Below, one piece after another: positions 41,158 through 53,150 of a stretch of DNA of 64,000 bases (positions within the stretch are counted from its first letter, which is position 1; the number at the start of each line of letters is the position of its first letter). The stretch comes from Bacteroidota bacterium (GTDB lineage Bacteria; Bacteroidota; Bacteroidia; Bacteroidales; GWA2-32-17): assembly GCA_037441645.1 (NCBI GenBank), contig JBBIRU010000026.1, forward strand, positions 13,435 to 77,434, read 5' to 3'. Made by a program: the position numbers and the translations under genes. The notes beneath the pieces are model-generated. The model was not told the DNA's origin, made no database searches, and saw nothing but the letters and a program-made list of their open reading frames with translations.

Positions 41158-41472
41158 ATGCAAACAGAATTCAATGTTAAAAAATTAAAATCAGGGGATT
41201 GCAAACTCGAAGTAAAAGGAGACCTGGTTATTAAACACAGTATTGATTTTAAGAACCAACTTTCCGGGTGTGTCGGGGGATGTAAGAACCTTGTAATATC
41301 TCTTGAAGAAATTACTGCTATAGATGTTACCGCTATTCAGATGATTCAATCCCTTAGGAACGAATTTAATGGCAGCTCAAAAAATCTCACTGTTATTTCT
41401 CCATCCAATGAAAGTATCCTGATTTCTTTGCGCAATTCAGGATTACTTAAAGTCATAACTAATAATGTATAA
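41158..41472 (+). CDS. STAS-domain protein (anti-sigma antagonist-like)
   Basis: LEVKGDL, LEEITAIDVTAIQM, LRNSGL; first gene of che cluster. Confidence 0.85.
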   Translation: MQTEFNVKKLKSGDCKLEVKGDLVIKHSIDFKNQLSGCVGGCKNLVISLEEITAIDVTAIQMIQSLRNEFNGSSKNLTVISPSNESILISLRNSGLLKVITNNV

Positions 41473-41485
41473 CAGATGTCTTTCA

Positions 41486-41857
41486 ATGCCTAGATTTATT
41501 CTTGTAATAGATGATTCGGAAAGCATCAGGGAACTGGTTGCATTGACTTTGGAATCTGCAGGTTTTAAAGTTAAAAAGGCTGTGGATGGACAGGATGCTC
41601 TTCATTTTCTTTTCGATCACGATATCAGGTTGGTTATAACCGATTTACACATGCCAAATATGGATGGGATCCAATTAATCGGAGAAATTCGGAAAATTGA
41701 CAATCATTTAACCACTCCTGTTCTTCTGCTTACAACAGAATTATCTGCCGCGAAAAAAGAAGAAGCCCGAATGGCTGGTGCCACGGGATGGATTGTGAAA
41801 CCTTTTAACCAGCAAAAATTACTGGAAATAGTCAGAAGACTGATAGGAAATAATTAA
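41486..41857 (+). CDS. cheY: Single-domain response regulator CheY
   Basis: VIDDS, ITDLHMPNMDG, LLTTE, GATGWIVKPF; precedes cheA. Confidence 0.9.
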   Translation: MPRFILVIDDSESIRELVALTLESAGFKVKKAVDGQDALHFLFDHDIRLVITDLHMPNMDGIQLIGEIRKIDNHLTTPVLLLTTELSAAKKEEARMAGATGWIVKPFNQQKLLEIVRRLIGNN

Positions 41858-42037
41858 TAAAAAACAAGATGTATCAAACTGCTGGCAACTTAAACCTGTT
41901 ATTCAAACTGCATTTCATCGGGTATATTAAAATATTCCGGTGCCTGGAACAAATTATACCTGACCGGAAAATATTAACTCCCGGAAATACTGTTCATCTT
42001 ATGGTTTTATAAATAATCTGAGTCAGAGGCTACGACA

Positions 42038-44044
42038 ATGGACAACATGCACGCAATATTTATGGCAGAAGCTCAGGAACTGATTTCAGAACTTGAGAAA
42101 TCACTGCTTATGCTTGACGATGATAAGGAAAACAAGGACGGGATTGCTTCAGTATTTCGTACAATGCATACGTTAAAAGGATCGGCCAGTATGTTTGGCT
42201 TCGAGTCCCTGAGCACATTAACACATAAGATCGAAACAATCTATGATAATATCCGCAATGGAAAGAGAAAACTCACACATAATATCCTGAGCGTAACTCT
42301 CAGAAGTGTTGACCACCTGAAGAAGCTGCTGGAAGATGCTGAACTTACAGATGAATCAACAAAAAGAGAACATGAATTACTTTGTCAGAAAATTGAGGAA
42401 CTTTCGAAAGAGGAAACGGAAACCGTTAACCCCGTACAGTCAGCTGAAAAGGGTAGTCCCGGCAATGAAGCAAGTACCTATTACATTCTTTTCAACCCCA
42501 AAGCAGACATTCTCAAAAACGGAACAAATACCCTGTATCTTTTGGACGATTTACTTGCTATGGGAGAAGGAATTACCCTTCCATTCTTCTGCCAGATGCC
42601 TTCCTTTAAAGACATTATACCCGACACCTCCTATACCGGTTTTGAGACCATTTTATGTACTGATAAATCGCAGGAGCAGATTCGCGAAGTATTTATTTTT
42701 GTAGAAGGAGGGTGTGAGCTGAAAATTAAAAAAATAGGGACCGGGAATCTTCTTAAAATACCTTTAGTAATAGAAAATCTGCAAAGAAAACACAACCTTT
42801 CCTTACAGACCGGAGAAAAGCAGATTTTATCCGTTTTACTTGCATCTTCCAATGTCCAGACACAAGTAACAGCAGCAAAAACAGCCTCCAACGTTCGTGT
42901 TTCATCATTCCGTCTCGATGAACTCATGAATCTTGTGAGCGAACTTGTGACAACCCAGGCAAGTCTCAGCCTTCTCGCAGAAAACTCATCTTTTCCCGAA
43001 CTGACTTCAATTGCCGAAAATATTGAAAAAATTACCCGCAGACTCCGCGATAACGCTTTTACAATGAGTCTGATTCCTATTGAAAGCCTGGTAGTCCGTT
43101 ACCAGAGGCTTGTAAGGGATCTCTCAAGAGAATTGAAAAAAGATGTTGTAGTTCTTACAGAAGGAACTGAAACGGAAATTGAGAAATCTATTATCGAAAG
43201 ACTAACCGATCCACTGTTACATTTGTTACGGAACTCTCTTGATCATGGAATTGAATCTGAGGATGTACGTCTGCGTTTAGGTAAGCCAAAACAGGGTACT
43301 TTGATGCTTAAATCATATTATTCAGGAGCCAATGTAGTTGTCGAAATCAGCGATGATGGTGCCGGGATGGACCCTGAAAAACTACGGAAAACAGCAGAAG
43401 AAAAGGGATTGATAACTCCCAATGCAGTACTGAGCAAAAAAGAACTTCTTAACCTTATTTTTCTTCCCGGATTTTCTACTGCCAGAACAGTAACAGGTAT
43501 TTCAGGCAGGGGCGTGGGCATGGATGTAGTGAAAAGAAAAATTGCCGAAATAAAAGGTGAAGTGGAGGTCGATTCCCAAATCAATAAGGGTACCAAAGTT
43601 ACGATTAAACTACCTCCCAGTCTATCCATCATTGATGGTTTATTGATACAGGTTCACAACACCCGTTTTATTATTCCGTTGTCTGCTGTCGACCAGATTT
43701 TTGGAATTACCTGTCAGCAGGTAAGACGTTCTTTTAACAACGTAATTATTTTGGCCGGCGAAGCTATTCCTTTTTACTCCTTGCGCGAAGAATTCGGTTT
43801 TGAAAACATTCAGAATGATAACGATATTTTGCAGGCAGTAATAGTAAGATATGAAAACAACCGCGTGGCCCTGATTCTGGACAAAGTTATCGGTGAGTAC
43901 CAGGCTGTTCTGAAACCGTTAGGTAAATTATTCCGCCACCAGGAAAGTATCTCCGGTGCATCTATTCTTGGCGATGGCGGTATCGCACTTGTATTGGACA
44001 CAAACAAATTTATTCACTTGTCAACTGTTATAAGAACACAATAA
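42038..44044 (+). CDS. cheA: Chemotaxis histidine kinase CheA
   Basis: Hpt FRTMHTLKG, HLLRNSLDHG, DDGAG, GFSTA..SGRGVGMDVV, C-terminal CheW domain. Confidence 0.97.
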   Translation: MDNMHAIFMAEAQELISELEKSLLMLDDDKENKDGIASVFRTMHTLKGSASMFGFESLSTLTHKIETIYDNIRNGKRKLTHNILSVTLRSVDHLKKLLEDAELTDESTKREHELLCQKIEELSKEETETVNPVQSAEKGSPGNEASTYYILFNPKADILKNGTNTLYLLDDLLAMGEGITLPFFCQMPSFKDIIPDTSYTGFETILCTDKSQEQIREVFIFVEGGCELKIKKIGTGNLLKIPLVIENLQRKHNLSLQTGEKQILSVLLASSNVQTQVTAAKTASNVRVSSFRLDELMNLVSELVTTQASLSLLAENSSFPELTSIAENIEKITRRLRDNAFTMSLIPIESLVVRYQRLVRDLSRELKKDVVVLTEGTETEIEKSIIERLTDPLLHLLRNSLDHGIESEDVRLRLGKPKQGTLMLKSYYSGANVVVEISDDGAGMDPEKLRKTAEEKGLITPNAVLSKKELLNLIFLPGFSTARTVTGISGRGVGMDVVKRKIAEIKGEVEVDSQINKGTKVTIKLPPSLSIIDGLLIQVHNTRFIIPLSAVDQIFGITCQQVRRSFNNVIILAGEAIPFYSLREEFGFENIQNDNDILQAVIVRYENNRVALILDKVIGEYQAVLKPLGKLFRHQESISGASILGDGGIALVLDTNKFIHLSTVIRTQ

Positions 44045-44061
44045 CCTAAAGAAGACTCTAT

Positions 44062-44568
44062 ATGGACAAAGAAATTAAACTAAAGTTGAATTCCTACCTC
44101 TCATTTAAATTAGGTGAGGAAATTTTTGCTGCCAATGTCAGTAAGGTACTGAACATTCTTGAGATGGTAAAAATCACTAAAGTCCCCAAATGCCCGGAAT
44201 ACATGAAAGGAGTGATTAACCTTCGGGGAACAATTTTACCTGTAATCGATACCCGCATAAAACTTGGGATGTCGGCTACAGAATTGACTCCTAATACCTG
44301 TATTCTCGTATTGGATATTGATTTTCAAAAGGATTCGCTGCACATTGGAGGATTGGTCGATTCTGTCCAGGAAGTGTTGGAAATTGAACCGGAACAAATC
44401 CTTTCGCCGCCTAATATTGGAAGTAAATACCAGTCGGAGTTTATATACGGTATGTATAAGTTAAATGAGGAGCAATTTATTATGCTGCTCGATATGGACA
44501 AATTATTCACAACCGAGGACATTCAAGAAATAAGGGAAACTTCTCCTGATGTGTCTGAAACGTTGTAG
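44062..44568 (+). CDS. cheW: Chemotaxis coupling protein CheW
   Basis: ITKVPK.PEYMKGVINLRGTILPVID, GGLVDSV. Confidence 0.96.
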   Translation: MDKEIKLKLNSYLSFKLGEEIFAANVSKVLNILEMVKITKVPKCPEYMKGVINLRGTILPVIDTRIKLGMSATELTPNTCILVLDIDFQKDSLHIGGLVDSVQEVLEIEPEQILSPPNIGSKYQSEFIYGMYKLNEEQFIMLLDMDKLFTTEDIQEIRETSPDVSETL

Positions 44569-44619
44569 TTTGACAAATCATAAAACTAAATAAAATAACA
44601 CAAATTAAATCTTACACAT

Positions 44620-47600
44620 ATGTTAAATAAAATGAAAATCAGGTCAAAGCTTATTTTAAGCTTTCTGTTAATGGCTGCAATGGCCGGAGTTATCGGGGTT
44701 GTAGGTTATATCGGAATGAACTCATCTCGCAATGCGCAAGATGCCCTGGCTACAATTTACCTGCCGTCGCTTGAATATATTACAAATATTCAGCATGCTC
44801 AGACGGATATCAAAGCACAGGAGTGTGGTCTGTTAGATAGTCGTTATTCCACTAAAGATATAAACCACAGGATTGAAAAAAGCCAGAAGCTTTTAAATGA
44901 AATAGAAGTAAATCGTCAAAGATTTGATTCCATTCCTAAAGAAGCCGAAGAATTAGTCTTATGGAAATCATATCTTATAGATTTGGATAATTGGTATAAA
45001 AAGCATGAAACATTTATTCAGTTAGTGAATGAAAGAACTTCACTAATTGAACGTGGCGTAAATATAGACGATAAAAAAGGAACCACATTAAATACTGAAA
45101 TATTTGATTATTACAATACAGATGTAAGGTCTGCATTTGCTCCGTGTGAAGAAAAAAATCAAAAGATTGTTGATATGCAACTCAACAACTCACATACTGC
45201 TGATATAGATGCTGATAATGTTGCAGAAAAAAGTACGATGGTATTAATTATAGTAATTGTTCTGGGTATTATTTTCGCTATGGTTGTCGGAATATGGATA
45301 TCTTTCAATATTAATAAAATTATAAGATCTATAGTAAGTCAGGTAAAAGAGATTGCAGATGCAGCTGTGAATGGAAAACTGGATGTACGTGCTGAAACAG
45401 AAAAGACCAACTTTGAATTCCGCGAAATAACCGTAGGTGTTAATCAAACTCTGGATGCCGTGATTAGTCCGCTGAATATGGCTGCCGATTATGTTGACCG
45501 AATTTCCAAAGGCGATTTGCCACCAAAAATTACAGATAATTACAAAGGCGATTTTAATGAAATAAAGAATAATTTAAATACTGCTATTGATGCAATTAAT
45601 GCCCTGATAAAAGATGTTTTTATGCTTTCCGATGCAACTGTTGAAGGAAAGCTGAATACAAGAGCCGATGCTAACCAGCATCAGGGCGATTATAAGAAGA
45701 TTGTAGAGGGAGTAAACAATACCTTGGATACACTTGTTGGATTCATTGATTATATGCCAACTCCTGCAGCGATTATGGACAGGGACTTTACTGTGTTGTA
45801 TATGAATGAGATCGGGGCTAAACTTGGAGCGAAAACTTCTAAACAGGTTGTTGGTACTAAATGTTACGATTTCTTCAGAACCAGCGATTGTAATACCGAG
45901 AAATGCGCCTGTGCAAGAGCTATGTCCACTAACATGGGTGCCTCCAGCGAAACAGATGCACATCCCAATGGACTTAACCTGGATATCAGCTACTCGGCTA
46001 TTCCGGTAAGAGATAAGCAGGGAAAAGTAATAGGTGCATTTGAAGTGGTTACAGATCAAACAGCTATTAAACAGGCAATGCGTGTTTCAGAGAAAATTGG
46101 GAAGTATCAGACCAAAGAAGCTGAAAAACTTACAGAAAGCCTGGTTAAGTTTGCTAAAGGAGATTTGAACTTTAAATTAGAAACAGCCCCTCCTGATAAT
46201 GACACGGCAACAGCTAAAGCAATGTTCGACGAAATTAACAATGCAGTTAATACATCTGTTGGCGCGGTCAGTGCACTTATTGCTGACGCCAGGATGCTGG
46301 CCAATGCAGCGGTGGAAGGAAAACTTGATACCCGCGCCGATGCTTCAAAACATGATGGCGATTTTGCCAAAATCATTACCGGCGTAAACAACACACTCGA
46401 TGCTGTAATCGGGCCTTTGAACGTTGCTGCAAATTATGTCGATCGTATTTCCAAAGGCGATATTCCTCCCGTCATTACAGAAAACTACAGCGGCGATTTC
46501 AATGAAATCAAAATGAATCTGAATCTGTTGATTAACTCGATGAATGATATTGCTGCCAAAACAAAACTATTTGCCAAAGGAGACCTGAACGTAGAGTTCA
46601 GGATGCGCTCGGAGCAGGATGAGATTATGCAATCGTTACAGGAAATGATTAACGCGACCACCAATATTGTTACAAAACTTGATCTGATTGCAAAAGGCGA
46701 CCTTACCATTCAACTGAAGATGAGATCTGATAAGGATGTTTTATTGCAGTCCATTATGCAGATGGTTAATTCGGTATCCGAAGTTGTAAGCCAGGTACAG
46801 ATTGCTTCCGACAACATTGCAGAAGCTGCCCAGGAAATGAATTCCAATTCACAACAGGTCTCCCAGGGAGCCTCTGAACAGGCATCATCGGCAGAAGAGG
46901 TTTCCTCCTCTATGGAAGAAATGTCTTCAAACATTCAGCAGAATACAGATAACGCGCAACAGACCGAGAATATTGCTATTTCAGCTGCACATGGAATGTC
47001 ACAGGTAGCCTCAAGTTCTGCCGAAAGCCTTAAATCAATTAAGGAAATTGCCAACAAAATTTCCATTATTGGCGACATTGCCTTCCAGACCAATATTCTT
47101 GCACTGAATGCTGCCGTTGAAGCCGCACGTGCCGGTGAACATGGTAAAGGTTTTGCTGTTGTTGCATCCGAAGTCCGGAAACTTGCCGAAAACAGCAAGG
47201 TAGCTGCAGAAGAAATAAACTTACTTTCAAAAACAAGTGTTGAAGTAACGGAAAAAGCAGGTACCCTTATGTCTAAAATTATTCCGGATGTTGAGCGTAC
47301 AGCAAAACTGGTACAGGAAATTACAGCAGCCAGCCTGGAACAAAATTCAGGCGCCAATCAGATTAACAACGCAATAAACCAGTTGAACCAGGTTACGCAG
47401 CAAAACGCAGCTGCTGCAGAAGAGATGGCTACCAGTTCAGAAGAACTCAACGGTCAGGCAGACCAACTCAGGGAACTGGTGTCATTCTTTACGGTAAATA
47501 ACCATGGAGCAAGTGGTAATGTGAAGAAAGTCAAGCCAACTAACAAAACAAAACAGATGTTTAATCCGCAGCATAACATCAATACTTCATCAATCCCGAA

Positions 47601-47664
47601 AAGTGGTGTGCAAATAAACCTGCATCACAACGACAAGAAAGATGCAGACTTTGAGCAATTCTGA
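44620..47664 (+). CDS. Methyl-accepting chemotaxis protein: 2 TM, periplasmic helical sensor, multiple HAMPs, cytoplasmic Cys-rich PAS, signalling domain, C-terminal DFEQF
   Basis: [38 protein letters not shown]; repeated ISKGD.PP.IT.NY.GDFNEIK HAMPs. Confidence 0.96.
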   Translation: MLNKMKIRSKLILSFLLMAAMAGVIGVVGYIGMNSSRNAQDALATIYLPSLEYITNIQHAQTDIKAQECGLLDSRYSTKDINHRIEKSQKLLNEIEVNRQRFDSIPKEAEELVLWKSYLIDLDNWYKKHETFIQLVNERTSLIERGVNIDDKKGTTLNTEIFDYYNTDVRSAFAPCEEKNQKIVDMQLNNSHTADIDADNVAEKSTMVLIIVIVLGIIFAMVVGIWISFNINKIIRSIVSQVKEIADAAVNGKLDVRAETEKTNFEFREITVGVNQTLDAVISPLNMAADYVDRISKGDLPPKITDNYKGDFNEIKNNLNTAIDAINALIKDVFMLSDATVEGKLNTRADANQHQGDYKKIVEGVNNTLDTLVGFIDYMPTPAAIMDRDFTVLYMNEIGAKLGAKTSKQVVGTKCYDFFRTSDCNTEKCACARAMSTNMGASSETDAHPNGLNLDISYSAIPVRDKQGKVIGAFEVVTDQTAIKQAMRVSEKIGKYQTKEAEKLTESLVKFAKGDLNFKLETAPPDNDTATAKAMFDEINNAVNTSVGAVSALIADARMLANAAVEGKLDTRADASKHDGDFAKIITGVNNTLDAVIGPLNVAANYVDRISKGDIPPVITENYSGDFNEIKMNLNLLINSMNDIAAKTKLFAKGDLNVEFRMRSEQDEIMQSLQEMINATTNIVTKLDLIAKGDLTIQLKMRSDKDVLLQSIMQMVNSVSEVVSQVQIASDNIAEAAQEMNSNSQQVSQGASEQASSAEEVSSSMEEMSSNIQQNTDNAQQTENIAISAAHGMSQVASSSAESLKSIKEIANKISIIGDIAFQTNILALNAAVEAARAGEHGKGFAVVASEVRKLAENSKVAAEEINLLSKTSVEVTEKAGTLMSKIIPDVERTAKLVQEITAASLEQNSGANQINNAINQLNQVTQQNAAAAEEMATSSEELNGQADQLRELVSFFTVNNHGASGNVKKVKPTNKTKQMFNPQHNINTSSIPKSGVQINLHHNDKKDADFEQF

Positions 47665-47671
47665 TTAATTC

Positions 47672-47708
47672 CCCGGTATTCCCTCCTGCATATGGAGAGA
47701 ATACCGGG
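47672..47708 (+). terminator. Stable hairpin after the MCP gene (terminator or mRNA stabiliser)
   Basis: cccggtattccctcc-tgcata-tggagagaataccggg; no clear U tract. Confidence 0.5.
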
Positions 47709-47832
47709 TTAAGACTGCTTCTGGTACAAAATACAGAGAAAAAGTGTCTTGACCGTTGTTTAAATAATAATATTAGAACAAGTTTAATTGATTTATGGGA
47801 ATTCGTTTTAATTAATTTTAATAAGGCAGATT

Positions 47833-48921
47833 ATGCAGTTGTCACAGTTTTTAGATTTGCTCAGGTATATCCTTTCATTTATTGAAAAAAGCCAGGTTTT
47901 GGCAGAATATTCTGCTGTACTGAATGTTATTAATCAGTTGAAAAAAAAGGCCAGGTCTGAAGTTCAGGTAATGGAAGTGAAAGAAATCCTTAAAAAGCTC
48001 GATTCTTTTCATTCAGACATTGACTCCGAAAATAAAAATGAATTGTTCAGTGCTGCATTAGCCATCATCGATCAGCATGGCACACTCGGCTCCAGGGCAA
48101 TGAATGAGCTGCACAAAGCAACTGCAAAAATGGAATCAGACCTGCAGCCTTTGGTTAAATGTATCGGGAAATTAAGAGACGAAACAGAACAACTCCTGAA
48201 CAGGGTTAACGCAGATATAAGAGGAATGGAACAAATAGTTGCCTTAAAGGCAGAGGTGACTTCATTGCCGGTAACAGATGCTTCCCACTTGTTCAGTATT
48301 GAATTCAGCCGGCAGGCAAACATAGATACCATGGCAGACCTTGAAAAGAATGCAAGAATATGGAACTCTATCCTTCAGGCGTTTATTACAGTGACCCGTT
48401 CCGATTCTGCCGACGTTCAGATTTATTCGATATCTAAACATAGAATTGAAATTCATGCAAACGATCGGGTGATTTCAAGCATTACGAAAGGCCTTACCTC
48501 CATCCTGAACTCATACCATAAAACTCTTGATATTTTAAAGCTGCAATTGGAAATCTATCAGTTGAAGCTTGCCAGGAACAGGGAAATAGATATTCTCCTC
48601 CGGGAAGAAATGAAAGACCTCCTTGAAGTCAACTCGGTAACCGTTGCACATGAGATAACCAATCAATACGAATGGGCCGGCGATCAGGCAGAAGAAGATT
48701 TGTATCTGCTTGTTCAGGTATCTCTTAAACAAGTCTTTGGTTTTTTTGAAAAAGGAGGTAGAATCAATGCGCAAATATCAGGCGAACTGAATGATCTGAA
48801 TATGAAAATAAGCCAGGTGATTACCGAATTAGATAATCTTAAAAGCGCATCGAATATTTCTGAGTTCAAAGAGGATTCTGTTATACAAACAGAAAATCCG
48901 ATTCTTAGTGAAGAACATTAA
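47833..48921 (+). CDS. Hypothetical helical cytoplasmic protein within the che cluster
   Basis: 362 aa ORF, no signal peptide or TM, no recognised motif. Confidence 0.75.
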   Translation: MQLSQFLDLLRYILSFIEKSQVLAEYSAVLNVINQLKKKARSEVQVMEVKEILKKLDSFHSDIDSENKNELFSAALAIIDQHGTLGSRAMNELHKATAKMESDLQPLVKCIGKLRDETEQLLNRVNADIRGMEQIVALKAEVTSLPVTDASHLFSIEFSRQANIDTMADLEKNARIWNSILQAFITVTRSDSADVQIYSISKHRIEIHANDRVISSITKGLTSILNSYHKTLDILKLQLEIYQLKLARNREIDILLREEMKDLLEVNSVTVAHEITNQYEWAGDQAEEDLYLLVQVSLKQVFGFFEKGGRINAQISGELNDLNMKISQVITELDNLKSASNISEFKEDSVIQTENPILSEEH

Positions 48922-49015
48922 TGTGATCAAATACTAAAATAATAAACATTTTGATAAAAAATGAAAAAGAATGGGGTCGGTTTTATTTAATAAATGCTTA
49001 TAAATTGTTATTTTC

Positions 49016-49867
49016 ATGACATCGGCACTTTGCAACATATTGAATGCTAAATTGTCACTGGCACAGTTCCGGCAACTTAGCACATTCATTTATTCACAGG
49101 TAGGAATAAAAATGCCGGAAGTTAAAAAGTCCATGCTTGAAAGCCGCCTGCAAAAAAGACTGAGGGCGCTTTCTATTACCAATTTTAGCGATTATATCGA
49201 GTATTTATTCAGCAAAGAAGGGCTTTCGAAGGAATTAATACATATGCTTGATGTAATCACAACAAATAAAACAGATTTTTTCAGGGAACCAGCTCATTTC
49301 GAATACTTAACTCAATTTGTTATTCCTGAATTCCTTAAAAAAGAAGGCTTCAAACCATTGTATGTATGGAGTGCCGGTTGCAGTACCGGTGAGGAACCCT
49401 ACACCCTGCAAATGGTACTGGAAAGTGAAGTAGAAAGGGGAATCATTCCCGGGTACAGGATTCATGCCACAGACATTTCGACCAAGGTTCTGGAAAAAGC
49501 CATAGAAGCAATTTATCAGATTAAAAGGATTGAACATCTTCCCCTGGAAATTAAGAAGAAGTTTTTTCTCAGGCATAAAGACCCAAATAACAATACAGTA
49601 CGAATCAAACCTGAGTTACGGTCAAAGATCAGCTTTAGCAGGTTAAATCTGATGGACGACACCTACCTGTCATCTGATTTATACGATGTGATTTTTTGCC
49701 GGAATGTGATTATTTATTTTGATCGTGCAACCCAGGAAAAAGTAATCCGGAAACTCTGTAACAAATTACGATCCGGAGGCTACCTCTTTTTAGGACATTC
49801 CGAAAGTATCACTAATCTGAGTGTCCCATTAAAAAGCATCCGGCCAACTGTTTTCAAGAAATTATAA
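49016..49867 (+). CDS. cheR: Chemotaxis methyltransferase CheR
   Basis: TTNKTDFFRE, WSAGCSTGEEPY, IFCRNVIIYFD, LGHSE. Confidence 0.97.
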   Translation: MTSALCNILNAKLSLAQFRQLSTFIYSQVGIKMPEVKKSMLESRLQKRLRALSITNFSDYIEYLFSKEGLSKELIHMLDVITTNKTDFFREPAHFEYLTQFVIPEFLKKEGFKPLYVWSAGCSTGEEPYTLQMVLESEVERGIIPGYRIHATDISTKVLEKAIEAIYQIKRIEHLPLEIKKKFFLRHKDPNNNTVRIKPELRSKISFSRLNLMDDTYLSSDLYDVIFCRNVIIYFDRATQEKVIRKLCNKLRSGGYLFLGHSESITNLSVPLKSIRPTVFKKL

Positions 49868-49882
49868 TGTAAATAATTTTTT

Positions 49883-50782
49883 ATGAATCAACTTACAGAT
49901 AAGGAACTGATAAAAGAACTGGAAAACCGGTTCAACGAAAATGAAAAGGCAATGCAGGAACTTAGTACTCTTACCGGTCAGCTTACTAAGATTAACAAGC
50001 AGTTGGCAGAATCGGAAGCATTGAAAAGCCATTTTCTTTCAAACATAAGAAATGAAATAATTAATCCCTTTGCATCAATCCTCGGACTTTCCAGTAGTTT
50101 AATGGGTATTGATTCCTATAATTTAGGTCAGATAAAACACATTTTATCGCTGATATACACAGAAGCTTTTCACCTTGATTTCCAGCTTCAGAACATCTTT
50201 GCCGCTGCCGAGATAGAAGCCGGTGAAGCTGTTTTACAAATCAATAGAGTTGATATTAATAGTGTAGTTGAACAAACAGTTGCTTCTTTCAAACATGTAG
50301 CCAATAAAAAACATGTAACCCTTATTCTTAATAATAATGCCGGTAAAAAAACTGAAACAGATTCATTTCAAACGGACCAGGTGAAGTTTCAGATCATTTT
50401 GGCAAATGTTATCAGTAATGCTATTCAGTTCAGTCATGCGAAGAGCAAAGTACATATCATAACTGAATTAAATCCATCCATGTTAACTGTTACCGTTCGG
50501 GATAACGGGATAGGGATTACACCGGAAGAAGAAAAAATCATATTCGACAGATTTAAAAAAGCTGACTCAAAAATAAATACTTTAAACAAAGGACATGGGC
50601 TTGGACTCTCAGTTTGTAATGATTATATTGAGATGTTAAACGGTTCAATTGAATTAACCAGTACTCCTGGTGAAGGAAGTAAATTTATTATCAGAATTCC
50701 GGCAAATACAGAATCGATCAATCAGAATACCATTGCCACTGACGGCAATACGTTCCTTTTTGAGGAGGGTGAACTATTTTAA
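49883..50782 (+). CDS. Soluble histidine-kinase-like protein with Asn at the H-box His
   Basis: FLSNIRNEIINP H-box; intact NVISNA, DNGIGI, GHGLGL. Confidence 0.85.
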   Translation: MNQLTDKELIKELENRFNENEKAMQELSTLTGQLTKINKQLAESEALKSHFLSNIRNEIINPFASILGLSSSLMGIDSYNLGQIKHILSLIYTEAFHLDFQLQNIFAAAEIEAGEAVLQINRVDINSVVEQTVASFKHVANKKHVTLILNNNAGKKTETDSFQTDQVKFQIILANVISNAIQFSHAKSKVHIITELNPSMLTVTVRDNGIGITPEEEKIIFDRFKKADSKINTLNKGHGLGLSVCNDYIEMLNGSIELTSTPGEGSKFIIRIPANTESINQNTIATDGNTFLFEEGELF

Positions 50783-50794
50783 TGGAGATAAAGG

Positions 50795-51343
50795 ATGAGT
50801 AGTGAAAATGACCATATTACGAATACATATTATTTGTACCCGGCAGGAATTTTCGTCAGTAAAGAACCTGCTATAGTCTCAACTGTGTTGGGTTCGTGCA
50901 TATCAGTGTGCCTGTATGATCCGGTTTTACGGACTGGCGGTATGAATCACTTTATGCTGCCCCTGTGGAATGGGCAGGGTTTGGCTTCCCCAAAATATGG
51001 AAATATAGCAATTGCCAGACTGATAGAAAAAATGATGGAGTTGGGAAGTATTAAAAGAAACCTGGTGGCAAAAGTGTTTGGAGGAGCCGAAATAATTCAA
51101 ACCAGGATTAAACAGTTCAATATAGGAGAGCGCAATATTATTCTGGCAAAAGAATTATTGGCACAGGAAAATATCCCTATCCTTAAAATGAGTGTAGGTG
51201 ACATTCTTGGACGTAATATAATATATTACACTGGCACGGGAAGTGTATTACAAAAGTTTATTCAGAAAATTGAATTTAATGAAAATTCGTCTAATGAGAA
51301 TGATAGTCATAAACCAACCAGTACGGTTAATATTTTAAAATGA
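50795..51343 (+). CDS. cheD: Chemoreceptor glutamine deamidase CheD
   Basis: TVLGSCISVC, GGMNHFMLP, AKVFGGA, IGERN. Confidence 0.95.
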   Translation: MSSENDHITNTYYLYPAGIFVSKEPAIVSTVLGSCISVCLYDPVLRTGGMNHFMLPLWNGQGLASPKYGNIAIARLIEKMMELGSIKRNLVAKVFGGAEIIQTRIKQFNIGERNIILAKELLAQENIPILKMSVGDILGRNIIYYTGTGSVLQKFIQKIEFNENSSNENDSHKPTSTVNILK

Positions 51344-51347
51344 ATAA

Positions 51348-52466
<1,119 letters not shown>

Positions 52467-52548
52467 TTAAATTCAGCTTTAAAGTGCAAATTATTAGCAT
52501 TCTAAATTTTTGATTTATTCCTTTTACCCCATTTCTGCAAAAGGTGAA

Positions 52549-52619
52549 TAGGACATTAATACTAGCTAAAAATAGCAGTAATGACCTATTTCAGATCTCT
52601 CCCGATACTGATATTTTTG
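52549..52619 (+). promoter_or_regulatory. Tandem TAG-N10-CTA boxes plus -7 element upstream of the REC/cheC/siaABC operon
   Basis: TAGgacattaataCTA (52549-64), TAGcagtaatgacCTA (52573-88), 23 nt, TATTTTTG (52612-19). Confidence 0.8.
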
Positions 52620-52677
52620 TAATAATTTAGGGTTAGGAAACTAAAATAAGATTTTTAACATATTAAAATCAAATCGT

Positions 52678-53040
52678 ATGAAAAAAGTATTGGTCGTTGA
52701 TGATTCGCTCTATATGCGGACCATGATAAGTGATGCACTTGCAAAGTCGGGATATGAAGTTATTGCACAGGCAGCTAACGGAGAAACAGCCATATCTATG
52801 GCTCTTCAGCATAAACCTGATTTGATTACCCTCGATAATATTTTGCCGGATATGATTGGAATTGATATTTTACGGATACTCAAACAGGAGAATAATATCG
52901 AATCAAAGGTAATTCTTATAAGTGCAGTAGGACAGGAACTTGTGATTAAAGAAGGAATGAGCCTGGGTGCCTCAAATTACATAGTAAAGCCATTCACAGC
53001 CCAGGGTCTTGTTGATGAAGTAAACAAAATATTTCAATAA
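52678..53040 (+). CDS. Second single-domain CheY-like response regulator
   Basis: VVDDSLYMR, ITLDNILPD, ISAVGQE, YIVKPF. Confidence 0.9.
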   Translation: MKKVLVVDDSLYMRTMISDALAKSGYEVIAQAANGETAISMALQHKPDLITLDNILPDMIGIDILRILKQENNIESKVILISAVGQELVIKEGMSLGASNYIVKPFTAQGLVDEVNKIFQ

Positions 53041-53150
53041 CTTTTTTAATACTCAAAGATAGTATTTTACTATCCTCGGCATTATTGTTTAAGCTTTCAA
53101 TGAATTTAGAGAATAAACAAAAGGCTGAGGTTGACTAAAAAAATAATAAT

